A stretch of DNA of 64,000 bases from Bacteroidales bacterium (GCA_045627785.1 JAZQOF010000036.1:21171-85170); one strand, 5' to 3'. Counted from the stretch's first letter, positions 39,413 to 47,918 are shown. The notes: generated from the letters alone by a model not told the origin. Numbers and translations: made by a program.

Positions 39413-42400
39413 ATGAAAAAGATATTAGGTCTGGACTTAGGAACAAATAGTATTGGTTGGGCGTTGGTCAATGAAGCGGAATCATCCAAGGAACAATCGA
39501 GTATAGTAAAGCTAGGTACAAGAATAATCCATTTCGACAACTTTGTTAAGTCTGATACAGGGGCAAGTCCATACGATGCAGTGAAAGATTTCAATGCAGG
39601 AAAGGGACTATCTCCGAATGCAGGACGCACTAAGGCTCATGGAATGCGTATACGCCTTCAAAGATATAAACTGCGTAGAAAGCATCTCATTAAGGTCTTG
39701 AAAGACTATCATTTGATTGATGATAGTACTCTCTTGTGCGAAGATGGAAAGCAGACAACTCTCCAGACTTATTTCTTAAGAGCAAAAGCTGCCACTGAAG
39801 AGATTTCTCTTGAAGAATTCGCTCGTGTGCTGCTTATGATAAACAAGAAGCGTGGCTATAAGAGCAGTCGAAAAGAAACGGCAGCAGATGAGAAAGTCGA
39901 CGAACAATCATATCTTGGTGCCATCAGTTCCAGAAGCAAGATGCTAGTGGATGAAGGTCTTACTGTCGGACAATGGAAATATCGTGTACTGTCGGAAGAT
40001 AGACATAAATCTTTGAAAGATGTTGTTTTCTATCGTCAGGATTATCTTGATGAATTTGAAAAGATATGGTCTGTTCAAAAGCAATATCATAAAGAATTGT
40101 CAGCAGAACTGAAGGAGATTATCCGAGATGTAATAATCTTCTATCAGCGAAGTTTGAAATCCCAGAAGTCTGCCATTTCTTTCTGTCCATTTGAAAGCCA
40201 ACAGAAAGAGACAGAAATTGCGGGCAAGAAATGCCTGCGCACTTTCGGATGTCGCGTTGCTCCAAAGTCTTCTCCATTGTTCCAGGAATTCAGAATCTAT
40301 CAAAATCTGAATAATGTCAAGGTAACTGATTTTGTAAATCACACAGAAAGAGTCCTGAAGATTGAAGAGATCAATGCTCTTTTCAGGGAGTTGTCTTATA
40401 AAGACAAGATGTCCAAGAATGAGGCTTTGAAGATCTTGAAACTCAAACCGAAGGAATATGACCTGAACTTTGAGGAACTACAAGGCAACCGAACGCAGGC
40501 TGCCTTAGTAAAGGCGCTCCATAAAGTGATGATCAATAGCGGAAATGAAGTTGAGAAATTCGCCAAGCTGGACGCTACCAACAAACTTTCCGTTCTCGAA
40601 CCATTTATGGGAAAACTAGGAATAAAGACCGATATACTTTATTTTGACTCATCAGTTCAAGGCAAGGATTTTGAGAGACAGCCTTCATTTGCACTTTGGC
40701 ATCTGTTGTATTCCTATGTATCAGACGATTCTCGTACTGGTAACGATAAACTGTTGCAAAAACTAGAAGAGACTTTCGGTATAAAGAAAGAATATGGAGA
40801 GATCTTTGCAAATGCAACTTTCGAACCAGATTACTGCGGATTAAGTAGCAAGGCAATTAAGAAGATTATGCCTCATCTAAAGGACGGTTATCGCTATGAT
40901 GAAGCTTGCGCTCTTGCAGGATACAATCATTCGGGATCTCTTACCAAAGAAGAGATTGAAAATAGAGAGTTGGATGAATTCCTTACTGCGATACCTCGTG
41001 CATCTTTGCGCAATCCTGTAGTTGAGAAGATTCTCAATCAGATGGTCAATGTCGTCAACGCGCTAATCCTGGAATATGGAAAGCCAGATGAGGTGCGTAT
41101 TGAACTTGCCCGAGAACTGAAGAAGACAGCGAAGCAGAGACAGCAGATGACTGATGCCATCAACAAGCAGACCAAGGAACACGAGAAGATTCGCACCATA
41201 TTGATCGAGGATTTCCGTATTCCAAATCCTACAAGAAATGACATTATCCGCTATAAGCTTTATCTCGAATTAGCTAAGAATGGATATAAGACACTCTATT
41301 CGAATACATACATTCCTGCAGAGGAACTTTTCTCAAAGAATTTTGATATAGAGCATATCATACCAAAGGCACGTCTCTTCAATGATTCTTTCTCGAACAA
41401 GACAATTGAAGCGCGCGATGTAAATATAGACAAAAGAGATAAAACAGCTTTTGACTATGTAAAGGATGCGTATGGAGAGGACGGATTGAATAATTATAAG
41501 GCAAGAGTTGAAGCATTATATAAGGATCACGCGATAAGCAAATCAAAGCGCGATATGCTTCTAATGTCAGAAGCTGAAATTCCTTCAGATTTCTTGAACA
41601 GGGATCTTGCGGAATCTCAATATATAGCACGACAGGCTCGTGAGATGCTTCTCACTATAGTAAGAACTGTAACATCTACCACAGGTTCTATTACCGATCG
41701 TTTACGTGAGGATTGGGAGCTTGTCGATGTTATGAAAGATTTGTCATGGGATAAGTATGAGAAGCTCGGACTCACAGAGACCTATACAGACAGTGAAGGA
41801 CGGAAGATAGGTAAGATTAAGGACTGGACCAAGAGAAACGACCATCGCCACCACGCTATGGATGCTCTGACTATTGCATTCACGAAACCTTCATACATTC
41901 AGTATCTCAACAACCTGAATGCAAGAAGCAACAAGGAAGGTGCAATTTATGGTATCCAGCAGAAGGAACTTGAAGTTCGTGGAGGCAAACTCCGTTTCAA
42001 GTGTCCGATGGATCTTAAGCAGTTCCGCCAGGAAGCAAAGAAACAGCTATCTGCAATATTCGTTTCACTGAAGCCTAAGGGCAAAGTGGCAACAATAAGT
42101 ATTAATCCGTCGGGAAAGCAGAAGACTATTACCCCAAGAGGTCAGTTGCATAATGAGACTGTGTATGGAAAGATTCTTCAACCTACAGTCAAGAGAGGGA
42201 AGAAGGAGTTTGAAGATGTATTTACTATCCGTAAGGCAGTAGGACCAGACTTGAAGGTCGATAAAGTTATTGATGATAAGATACGTGAGATTTTGATTCA
42301 AAGACTTGCAGAATTCGGAAATGATCCAAAGAAAGCTTTCGTAAATCTTGACGAAAATCCTATCTGGCAGAATCGCGAGAAAGGAATTGCTATTAAGAAA

Positions 42401-42961
42401 GTTAAGGTCAAGGGTGTTAATGTCGCAGTACCTCTTCACGAGAAACATGACAACAAGGGCAATACATTGACAGATAGGAGAGGTAATATAATTGCGTCTG
42501 ATTATGTCAGCACAAGCAATAATCATCATGTAGCGATATTCATTGACCAAGATGGCAAGTATCAAGAGCATATAGTGTCGCTTTTCGAAGCTGTGACCAG
42601 AAAGAATCAAGGTCTTAACGTCATTGACAAAACATATAATCACGAATTAGGTTGGCAGTTTGTGTTCACGATGAAGATCAATGAATACTTTGTATTCCCT
42701 AATCCTGAAACGAATTTCTATCCTAAGGAGATTGATTTGATGGATGAAAGATATTTGAGTGAGATAAGTAAGAATCTTTATAGAGTTCAGAAATTAACTT
42801 CAAAGGATTACTTCTTTAGAAATCATCTAGAAACAACACTGGATGATAAAAAAGAACTTCGAGATGTTACTTGGAAACGAGTTACAAAAATTCAGTTGTT
42901 AGACCAAGTGGTAAAGGTTCGAATTAACCATATAGGAAAGATAGTTCAAGTCGGAGAATAA
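39413..42961 (+). CDS. cas9: Cas9 endonuclease, type II-C (1182 aa)
   Basis: RuvC-I ILGLDLGTNSIGWALV, an Arg-rich bridge helix (RIRLQRYKLRRKH), RuvC-II VRIELAREL, HNH FDIEHIIPKARLFNDSFSNKT and RuvC-III NDHRHHAMDALTIAF. All catalytic residues are present. Confidence 0.97.
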   Translation: MKKILGLDLGTNSIGWALVNEAESSKEQSSIVKLGTRIIHFDNFVKSDTGASPYDAVKDFNAGKGLSPNAGRTKAHGMRIRLQRYKLRRKHLIKVLKDYHLIDDSTLLCEDGKQTTLQTYFLRAKAATEEISLEEFARVLLMINKKRGYKSSRKETAADEKVDEQSYLGAISSRSKMLVDEGLTVGQWKYRVLSEDRHKSLKDVVFYRQDYLDEFEKIWSVQKQYHKELSAELKEIIRDVIIFYQRSLKSQKSAISFCPFESQQKETEIAGKKCLRTFGCRVAPKSSPLFQEFRIYQNLNNVKVTDFVNHTERVLKIEEINALFRELSYKDKMSKNEALKILKLKPKEYDLNFEELQGNRTQAALVKALHKVMINSGNEVEKFAKLDATNKLSVLEPFMGKLGIKTDILYFDSSVQGKDFERQPSFALWHLLYSYVSDDSRTGNDKLLQKLEETFGIKKEYGEIFANATFEPDYCGLSSKAIKKIMPHLKDGYRYDEACALAGYNHSGSLTKEEIENRELDEFLTAIPRASLRNPVVEKILNQMVNVVNALILEYGKPDEVRIELARELKKTAKQRQQMTDAINKQTKEHEKIRTILIEDFRIPNPTRNDIIRYKLYLELAKNGYKTLYSNTYIPAEELFSKNFDIEHIIPKARLFNDSFSNKTIEARDVNIDKRDKTAFDYVKDAYGEDGLNNYKARVEALYKDHAISKSKRDMLLMSEAEIPSDFLNRDLAESQYIARQAREMLLTIVRTVTSTTGSITDRLREDWELVDVMKDLSWDKYEKLGLTETYTDSEGRKIGKIKDWTKRNDHRHHAMDALTIAFTKPSYIQYLNNLNARSNKEGAIYGIQQKELEVRGGKLRFKCPMDLKQFRQEAKKQLSAIFVSLKPKGKVATISINPSGKQKTITPRGQLHNETVYGKILQPTVKRGKKEFEDVFTIRKAVGPDLKVDKVIDDKIREILIQRLAEFGNDPKKAFVNLDENPIWQNREKGIAIKKVKVKGVNVAVPLHEKHDNKGNTLTDRRGNIIASDYVSTSNNHHVAIFIDQDGKYQEHIVSLFEAVTRKNQGLNVIDKTYNHELGWQFVFTMKINEYFVFPNPETNFYPKEIDLMDERYLSEISKNLYRVQKLTSKDYFFRNHLETTLDDKKELRDVTWKRVTKIQLLDQVVKVRINHIGKIVQVGE

Positions 42962-42970
42962 AACTAACCT

Positions 42971-43000
42971 AAGGGTGCAAGTTATCTTGCGCCCTTTTTT
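42971..43000 (+). terminator. Rho-independent terminator between cas9 and cas1
   Basis: 11-bp stem AAGGGTGCAAG / CTTGCGCCCTT (one G:U), loop TTAT and a T6 run. Only 15 nt remain before the cas1 ATG. Confidence 0.75.
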
Positions 43001-43015
43001 AATTCCCAAAAGCCT

Positions 43016-43951
43016 ATGATTAAAAAAACTCTTTGTTTCAGTAATCCTGCGGTTCTTTCATTAAAGAATAAACAGATGGAGATTCGATTACCGGAATCTC
43101 AGTTGCCAAAGACTAAATACAAGATTTTTGACGACAATTATCATAGTGTACCAATTGAAGATATTGGTGTAGTTGTTCTGGAGAATCATCAGATAACAAT
43201 TACGAATGCTCTTATAGAGGCACTTTTGAAAAATAATACTGCCGTAATAACTTGCGATTCGTCTCGAATGCCAACGGGTCTTCTTCTTCCATTGTCAGGG
43301 AACACGGTTCAATCTGAACGGTTTCAAGATCAATTAAGTTCTTCCTTACCTTTACGAAAGCAATTATGGCAACAAACAGTTCAAAGTAAAATTTATAATC
43401 AAGCAGTAACACTAAAATCACACACACAAAGTGAGACTGGTAATATGTTTGCTTGGGTAGATAAGGTTAAAAGCGGAGACGCTGATAATCTTGAAGCTCG
43501 TGCCGCTGTATATTATTGGAGGAATGTTTTTCCATCACTACCATATTTTATAAGAGGCAGAGAGGAAGATCCTCCTAACAATCTTTTGAACTATGGATAT
43601 GCAATACTAAGGGGCGTAATAGCACGATCTCTTGTTGGTAGTGGCTTATTGCCGACATTGGGGATTCATCACCATAATAAATATAATGCATATTGTTTAG
43701 CCGATGATATAATGGAGCCATATAGACCGTATGTCGATGAAATAGTGATAAAAATAATTGAGAGTGGAAGGGATTATAAGACGTTATCTACAGACTTGAA
43801 GAAAGAACTTCTGAAAATACCAACTATAGATGTTAACATTGGAGGACAACGAAGTCCGTTGATGATAGCCGCAACTACAACAACTGCATCGTTGGCAAAA
43901 TGCTTTACAGGCGAAATGAGAAAGATTGTATATCCAGAAATGATAATATAG
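43016..43951 (+). CDS. cas1: CRISPR-associated endonuclease Cas1 (type II)
   Basis: NLLNYGYAILRGVIARSLVGSGLLPTLGIHHHNKYNAYCLADDIMEPYRPYVD and 311 aa. Confidence 0.95.
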   Translation: MIKKTLCFSNPAVLSLKNKQMEIRLPESQLPKTKYKIFDDNYHSVPIEDIGVVVLENHQITITNALIEALLKNNTAVITCDSSRMPTGLLLPLSGNTVQSERFQDQLSSSLPLRKQLWQQTVQSKIYNQAVTLKSHTQSETGNMFAWVDKVKSGDADNLEARAAVYYWRNVFPSLPYFIRGREEDPPNNLLNYGYAILRGVIARSLVGSGLLPTLGIHHHNKYNAYCLADDIMEPYRPYVDEIVIKIIESGRDYKTLSTDLKKELLKIPTIDVNIGGQRSPLMIAATTTTASLAKCFTGEMRKIVYPEMII

Positions 43952-43952
43952 T

Positions 43953-44285
43953 ATGGACCGTTTAAGTCAATATAGAGCAATGTGGTTGTTTGTATTTTTC
44001 GATCTTCCAACAGAAACTAAGAGTGAGCGAAAAGAATATGCAAAATTTCGCAAAAATCTTATAGAAGATGGCTTTAATATGTTTCAGTTTTCCTTTTATA
44101 TTCGTTATTGTGCAAGCAAAGAAAATGCAGATGTTCATGCAAAAAGAGTACGTACATTCTTGCCACAAAATGGATATGTAGGTATGATGACAATAACAGA
44201 TAAACAATTCTCTCAGATTGAAATCTTTTTTGAGCAAGAACAAACTCCACCAGTACATGAAGGCGTACAACTAGAATTATTCTGA
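43953..44285 (+). CDS. cas2: CRISPR-associated endoribonuclease Cas2
   Basis: MWLFVFFDLPTETKSERKEYAKFRKNLIEDGF..., 110 aa, starting 1 nt after the cas1 stop. Confidence 0.93.
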   Translation: MDRLSQYRAMWLFVFFDLPTETKSERKEYAKFRKNLIEDGFNMFQFSFYIRYCASKENADVHAKRVRTFLPQNGYVGMMTITDKQFSQIEIFFEQEQTPPVHEGVQLELF

Positions 44286-44308
44286 ATTAAGAAACCGTTA
44301 TAAAAAGT

Positions 44309-44340
44309 AAATCCATGCCGAAATAGCATGGATTTTTTTT
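44309..44340. terminator. Hairpin terminator in the cas2-array spacer region (possibly bidirectional)
   Basis: AAATCCATGC-CGAAATA-GCATGGATTT followed by a T run on the plus strand. A T-rich tract also follows it on the minus strand. Confidence 0.7.
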
Positions 44341-44393
44341 CTTTTCTAATTTGCTTTGCAATAAGTTGAATGCCAGTAGAATGTACACATTCA

Positions 44394-45672
44394 GTTGTTA
44401 TTGCAAGTGCAAAGATATAATTTTTTCAGCAATTCACAACAACCGCTTTATAAACCTATCCTTGATAAGGTTGTTATTGCAAGTGCAAAGATATAATTTT
44501 TTCAGCAATTCACAACTCTTTCTCGTTCTTGCTGTGCTCTTGCTTGGTTGTTATTGCAAGTGCAAAGATATAATTTTTTCAGCAATTCACAACAGGTGCA
44601 TCGCGTTATATATCTAAGTATAGTTGTTATTGCAAGTGCAAAGATATAATTTTTTCAGCAATTCACAACAATCAGCTCTCCTTTCCGAAATCGCTCTCAG
44701 TTGTTATTGCAAGTGCAAAGATATAATTTTTTCAGCAATTCACAACTATTTGATTAGAGGGAAGATAAGGGGCGGAGTTGTTATTGCAAGTGCAAAGATA
44801 TAATTTTTTCAGCAATTCACAACATGTTCGGTATTTTATATGAAAATGGTAAAGTTGTTATTGCAAGTGCAAAGATATAATTTTTTCAGCAATTCACAAC
44901 TATTGTCGAGCACTTTTGCAAAATGGGGCAGTTGTTATTGCAAGTGCAAAGATATAATTTTTTCAGCAATTCACAACGACCACGAAATATAGGTCTACTA
45001 AATTGTCGTTGTTATTGCAAGTGCAAAGATATAATTTTTTCAGCAATTCACAACTTGACTGACTACGATAACGGCATTACAGAAGTTGTTATTGCAAGTG
45101 CAAAGATATAATTTTTTCAGCAATTCACAACGCATAAGAATTTGTATAAATGGTTAAACAGTTGTTATTGCAAGTGCAAAGATATAATTTTTTCAGCAAT
45201 TCACAACTCGGCGTTCTTTAGTTGTTCAGTAACGTCGGTTGTTATTGCAAGTGCAAAGATACAATTTTTTTCAGCAATTCACAACCATCTTACGGGGTTT
45301 ATTCCTACTTCGTGGTTGTTATTGCAAGTGCAAAGATACAATTTTTTTCAGCAATTCACAACTAATCGTCTGCCTTGCCAGTCAGTAACACAGTTGTTAT
45401 TGCAAGTGCAAAGATACAATTTTTTTCAGCAATTCACAACTTCTTCTATGCGCAACTTGAAGGGTGTGCGGTTGTTATTGCAAGTGCAAAGATACAATTT
45501 TTTCAGCAATTCACAACAACGAGATGATGAGCCGCATCGTATTCAACGTTGTTATTGCAAGTGCAAAGATACAATTTTTTTCAGCAATTCACAACTTGTC
45601 GAGGTTCTCGATCTTGAAAAGCACAGTTGTTATTGCAAGTGCAAAGATACAATTTTTTCAGCAATTCACAAC
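44394..45672 (-). CRISPR. CRISPR array: 17 repeats (47-48 nt), 16 spacers (29-30 nt), functional sense inferred to be the minus strand
   Basis: Repeat, plus strand: GTTGTTATTGCAAGTGCAAAGATATAATTTTTTCAGCAATTCACAAC. Repeat starts: 44394, 44470, 44547, 44623, 44700, 44777, 44854, 44931, 45008, 45085, 45161, 45238, 45315, 45393, 45471, 45548, 45626. Repeats 12-17 carry a T-to-C change (GATACAA), and repeats 12, 13, 14 and 16 also carry one extra T. Confidence 0.98.
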
Positions 45673-45717
45673 TAAATTATTGTTTACGCAAAACAAATAT
45701 TTTCACGGATTTTTTTG

Positions 45718-45725
45718 TATCTTTG
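45718..45725 (+). promoter_or_regulatory. -7 box TATCTTTG for the HTH gene pair
   Basis: Perfect TAnnTTTG, 35 nt upstream of ATG 45761 and 46 nt after the last full repeat. Confidence 0.55.
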
Positions 45726-45760
45726 CATCACGAAAAATTTTAATTCCAAATGAAACAATT

Positions 45761-46060
45761 ATGCAGATTAGATTGAAAGAAATTCTTGACAAGCAAGGTT
45801 TGACACAAGCTCAGTTGGCAGAAAAGATCGGAGTCACACCATCATCCATTTCCTGTGCCTTGTCTCGTGGAAACATTTCATTGTCGTTGCTTGACAGTTA
45901 TGCTCAGGCGCTCAACATTCCTACTTGGGAATTGTTGGTGTCTGGTGGTGAATTTGAAGAACCGGAACAGACATCTGGTGTTGCGCGTAACACCATGTTA
46001 GTCACATGTCCTAAATGTAATCAAAAACTTGAATTGGCACTTTCTGTAAAAACTCTTTGA
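45761..46060 (+). CDS. Small XRE-like HTH protein with a C-terminal CxxC motif (99 aa)
   Basis: LTQAQLAEKIGVTPSSISCALSRG HTH and a C-terminal VTCPKCNQKLEL. The ORF-track N-terminal extension (from 45464) is translation of CRISPR repeats and is rejected. Confidence 0.75.
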   Translation: MQIRLKEILDKQGLTQAQLAEKIGVTPSSISCALSRGNISLSLLDSYAQALNIPTWELLVSGGEFEEPEQTSGVARNTMLVTCPKCNQKLELALSVKTL

Positions 46061-46061
46061 T

Positions 46062-46364
46062 ATGACAGAATTAATTATTAAAGAACAGCTCAAAGCTCAC
46101 GGATTGACATTGACTCGTTTGGCTCAGGAAATGAATATATCCCAAGGATCATTATCTGTGATGATTCGCAGTAATTTGACATTACCTACTATCGAACGCA
46201 TAGCTCAGGTAATTGGCGTAGAACCTTATGAGCTTTTTATTACTAAAGAAAATCTCATGGCAGAACGCCAACGTCGATATAGGGAAGCAGTTCCTCGCGC
46301 TACTGTGTTCTGCCCTTGTTGTGGAAAGGCTATTTGCGTAAAGCTCGACATCGACAACCAATGA
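46062..46364 (+). CDS. Paralogous small XRE-like HTH protein with a C-terminal CPCC motif (100 aa)
   Basis: LTLTRLAQEMNISQGSLSVMIRSN HTH and a C-terminal VFCPCCGKAICV. It is collinear with the upstream gene and starts 1 nt after its stop. Confidence 0.75.
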   Translation: MTELIIKEQLKAHGLTLTRLAQEMNISQGSLSVMIRSNLTLPTIERIAQVIGVEPYELFITKENLMAERQRRYREAVPRATVFCPCCGKAICVKLDIDNQ

Positions 46365-46393
46365 TATTTCAGTAGTATTTTATAAGACTTCCT

Positions 46394-46427
46394 AAGCGGT
46401 ACAGGTTTCGGACTTGTACCGCTTTTT
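46394..46427 (+). terminator. Rho-independent terminator of the HTH pair
   Basis: 10-bp stem AAGCGGTACA / TGTACCGCTT whose 3' arm runs into a T5 run. Confidence 0.8.
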
Positions 46428-46438
46428 GTTTATTATTA

Positions 46439-46473
46439 GTTGTTGTTGCAAGTGCAAAGATACAATTTACAAC
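46439..46473 (-). repeat. Degenerate orphan CRISPR repeat (35 nt)
   Basis: GTTGTTGTTGCAAGTGCAAAGATACAATTT--ACAAC. The first 30 nt match the repeat at 29 of 30 positions (C-allele), an internal 12-13 nt is deleted, and the terminal ACAAC is retained. Confidence 0.85.
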
Positions 46474-46475
46474 TG

Positions 46476-47343
46476 CCAGAAAGTATCGAGACAAATGCGG
46501 TGTATCAGCGTAGTGGAAAGCTATTCACAATTTGCTTGAAAAAGTCACAACTTGATTCAGTAAAGTTATTATCTCAGTAAACTCAGAGTTGCTCGATGCT
46601 AATTGGCAGACAGGACAATATATCGTAGAGTTTGAACAAGGAGGCAATGCCAAAGCCAAATATGGAGACAAATTGTTGATAAACCTTACGTATATTCGCA
46701 AATTGTATTTGGTATTTCCAAAATGTGAGACGCTGTCTCATCAATTGACCTGGAGCCATTACTTTGAATTGCTCAAATGTGAAGACAAGTTGGAGATGCA
46801 GTTTTACATGAAAGAGTGCATCAAGGAGGGATGGAATGTTAGAGAACTTAAACGCCAGATTAACTCATCTTTATTCCAAAGACTGGCTCTCAGTACGGAT
46901 AAAGAAGGTGTTCTTGCCCTTGCAAACGAGGGACATCAGGTGATTACCCCTACGGATATTATCCGTGACCCATATGTACTGCTTTTATTGGTCGTCAGTA
47001 TGTTGTGCCTATTGGTGCAAGACGCTTTAAGGTTGACTTGGTGTTTTATCATGCCATTCTCAAATGCTATGTGCTGATTGATTTGAAACGTGCTGAGATA
47101 AAACATGGAGATATAGGTCAGATGAACCTATATCTGAACTATTTCAAGAATGAAGTGTGTCAGCCAGATGACAATCCTCCAATTGGAATTGTTTTAGGTG
47201 CAAAGAAAGATGAAATTCTCATGGAGTATGCTCTACAAGGAATTGACAACCAACTTTTCGCAGCGCGCTATCAATTGTATTTGCCTAACCGAGAGGAACT
47301 GCAAGCTCAATTGAATTTATTGTTAGATACTCATCAAGAATAG
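46476..47343 (+). pseudogene. DUF1016/YhcG-family PD-(D/E)XK nuclease pseudogene (frameshifts and internal deletion)
   Basis: Homology is split over at least 3 frames: LKKSQLDSVK..., then VNSELLDANWQTGQYIVEFEQGGNAKAKYG...IIRDPYVL, then a frame change to GRQYVVPIGARRFKVDLVFYH...VLIDLK...PPIGIVLG. The linker between DPYVL and GRQ is missing. Confidence 0.7.
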
Positions 47344-47462
47344 TCTTGATTTAAAATTGGAATCTCTGTAAATGCCGATTGTCAGTGGTTTTGTTGCTCC
47401 AAAAACGAGTCTAGTCAAGTTATTAATTTAGCTATATCCCATCAGTATATAAACTACAGTCA

Positions 47463-47792
47463 CTAACATAGAATGTCATTAATCAGCAACCCTTCAAGCA
47501 CCTGCTGCTGTAATCGTGGTGACATTTCACAGAACTCTTTGTAAGTTGGTCTTCGCCAATGAGACAAAACAACAGAAGGTTTTACGTGTTTTGAGGTTCG
47601 CTTGTAGCGCATAATTCCGAAGCTGCAATGATCGCATTGAAATAACATTAGGGCATATCCTTTGTTGTCACAGGTTGTAATCTTAAATTCTCTGCATTTG
47701 TCGCATACGTAAAGATCGTAGTCTTTGCGATGATCCTCGATATTTGAATTGTCAAGATTCTGCAATGCTATTGTGTATTCTTCTTCTGTCAT
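47463..47792 (-). CDS. Hypothetical Cys-rich (zinc-ribbon-like) protein, 109 aa
   Basis: CDKC...CDHC motif pair. A minus-strand -7 box (plus strand CAAATATA at 47807..47814) lies inside the ORF-track extension, so the start is taken as ATG 47792 (MTEEEY). Confidence 0.5.
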   Translation of the reverse strand: MTEEEYTIALQNLDNSNIEDHRKDYDLYVCDKCREFKITTCDNKGYALMLFQCDHCSFGIMRYKRTSKHVKPSVVLSHWRRPTYKEFCEMSPRLQQQVLEGLLINDILC

Positions 47793-47877
47793 AACTTTTA
47801 TTTTGGCAAATATAAGTAAAATCACATTTACTTTGTATCTTTGTTGTTCGATTCGAGGTCAGAATGATTTATAATGT

Positions 47878-47885
47878 TATCTTTG
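47878..47885 (+). promoter_or_regulatory. -7 box TATCTTTG for the EEP-family gene
   Basis: Perfect TAnnTTTG, 33 nt upstream of ATG 47919. A second identical box lies at 47836..47843. Confidence 0.5.
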
Positions 47886-47918
47886 TACATGTAATTTGAT
47901 TAAATACCGTAAGCTAAT

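Noticed and set aside
39151-39416. The 3' part of the 170-aa ORF at 38904..39416.
   Set aside because: It overlaps the predicted minus-strand tracrRNA, its terminator and the cas9 promoter. The peptide there is low-complexity with no homology signal, and the ORF is kept open only by AT-rich sequence.
44441-45625. Self-targeting spacers against this window.
   Set aside because: Reading the 16 spacers against the window by eye gave no convincing match. This is not exhaustive, and a BLASTN of the spacers against the whole genome and phage databases is still needed.
44351-45760. ORFs at 44351..44617, 44923..45111 and 45142..45675, and the N-terminal 99 aa of 45464..46060 (peptides with recurring CYCKCKDIIFSAIHN).
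   Set aside because: They are translations of the CRISPR repeats. The periodic identical peptide segments come from the 47-nt repeat, not from a gene.
46474-46531. A possible second degenerate repeat ending at about 46531 (AGCTATTCACAAT versus AGCAATTCACAAC).
   Set aside because: Only 11 of 13 positions at the 3' end match, and the preceding 34 nt show no similarity to the repeat. The stretch is better explained as the 5' part of the DUF1016 pseudogene.
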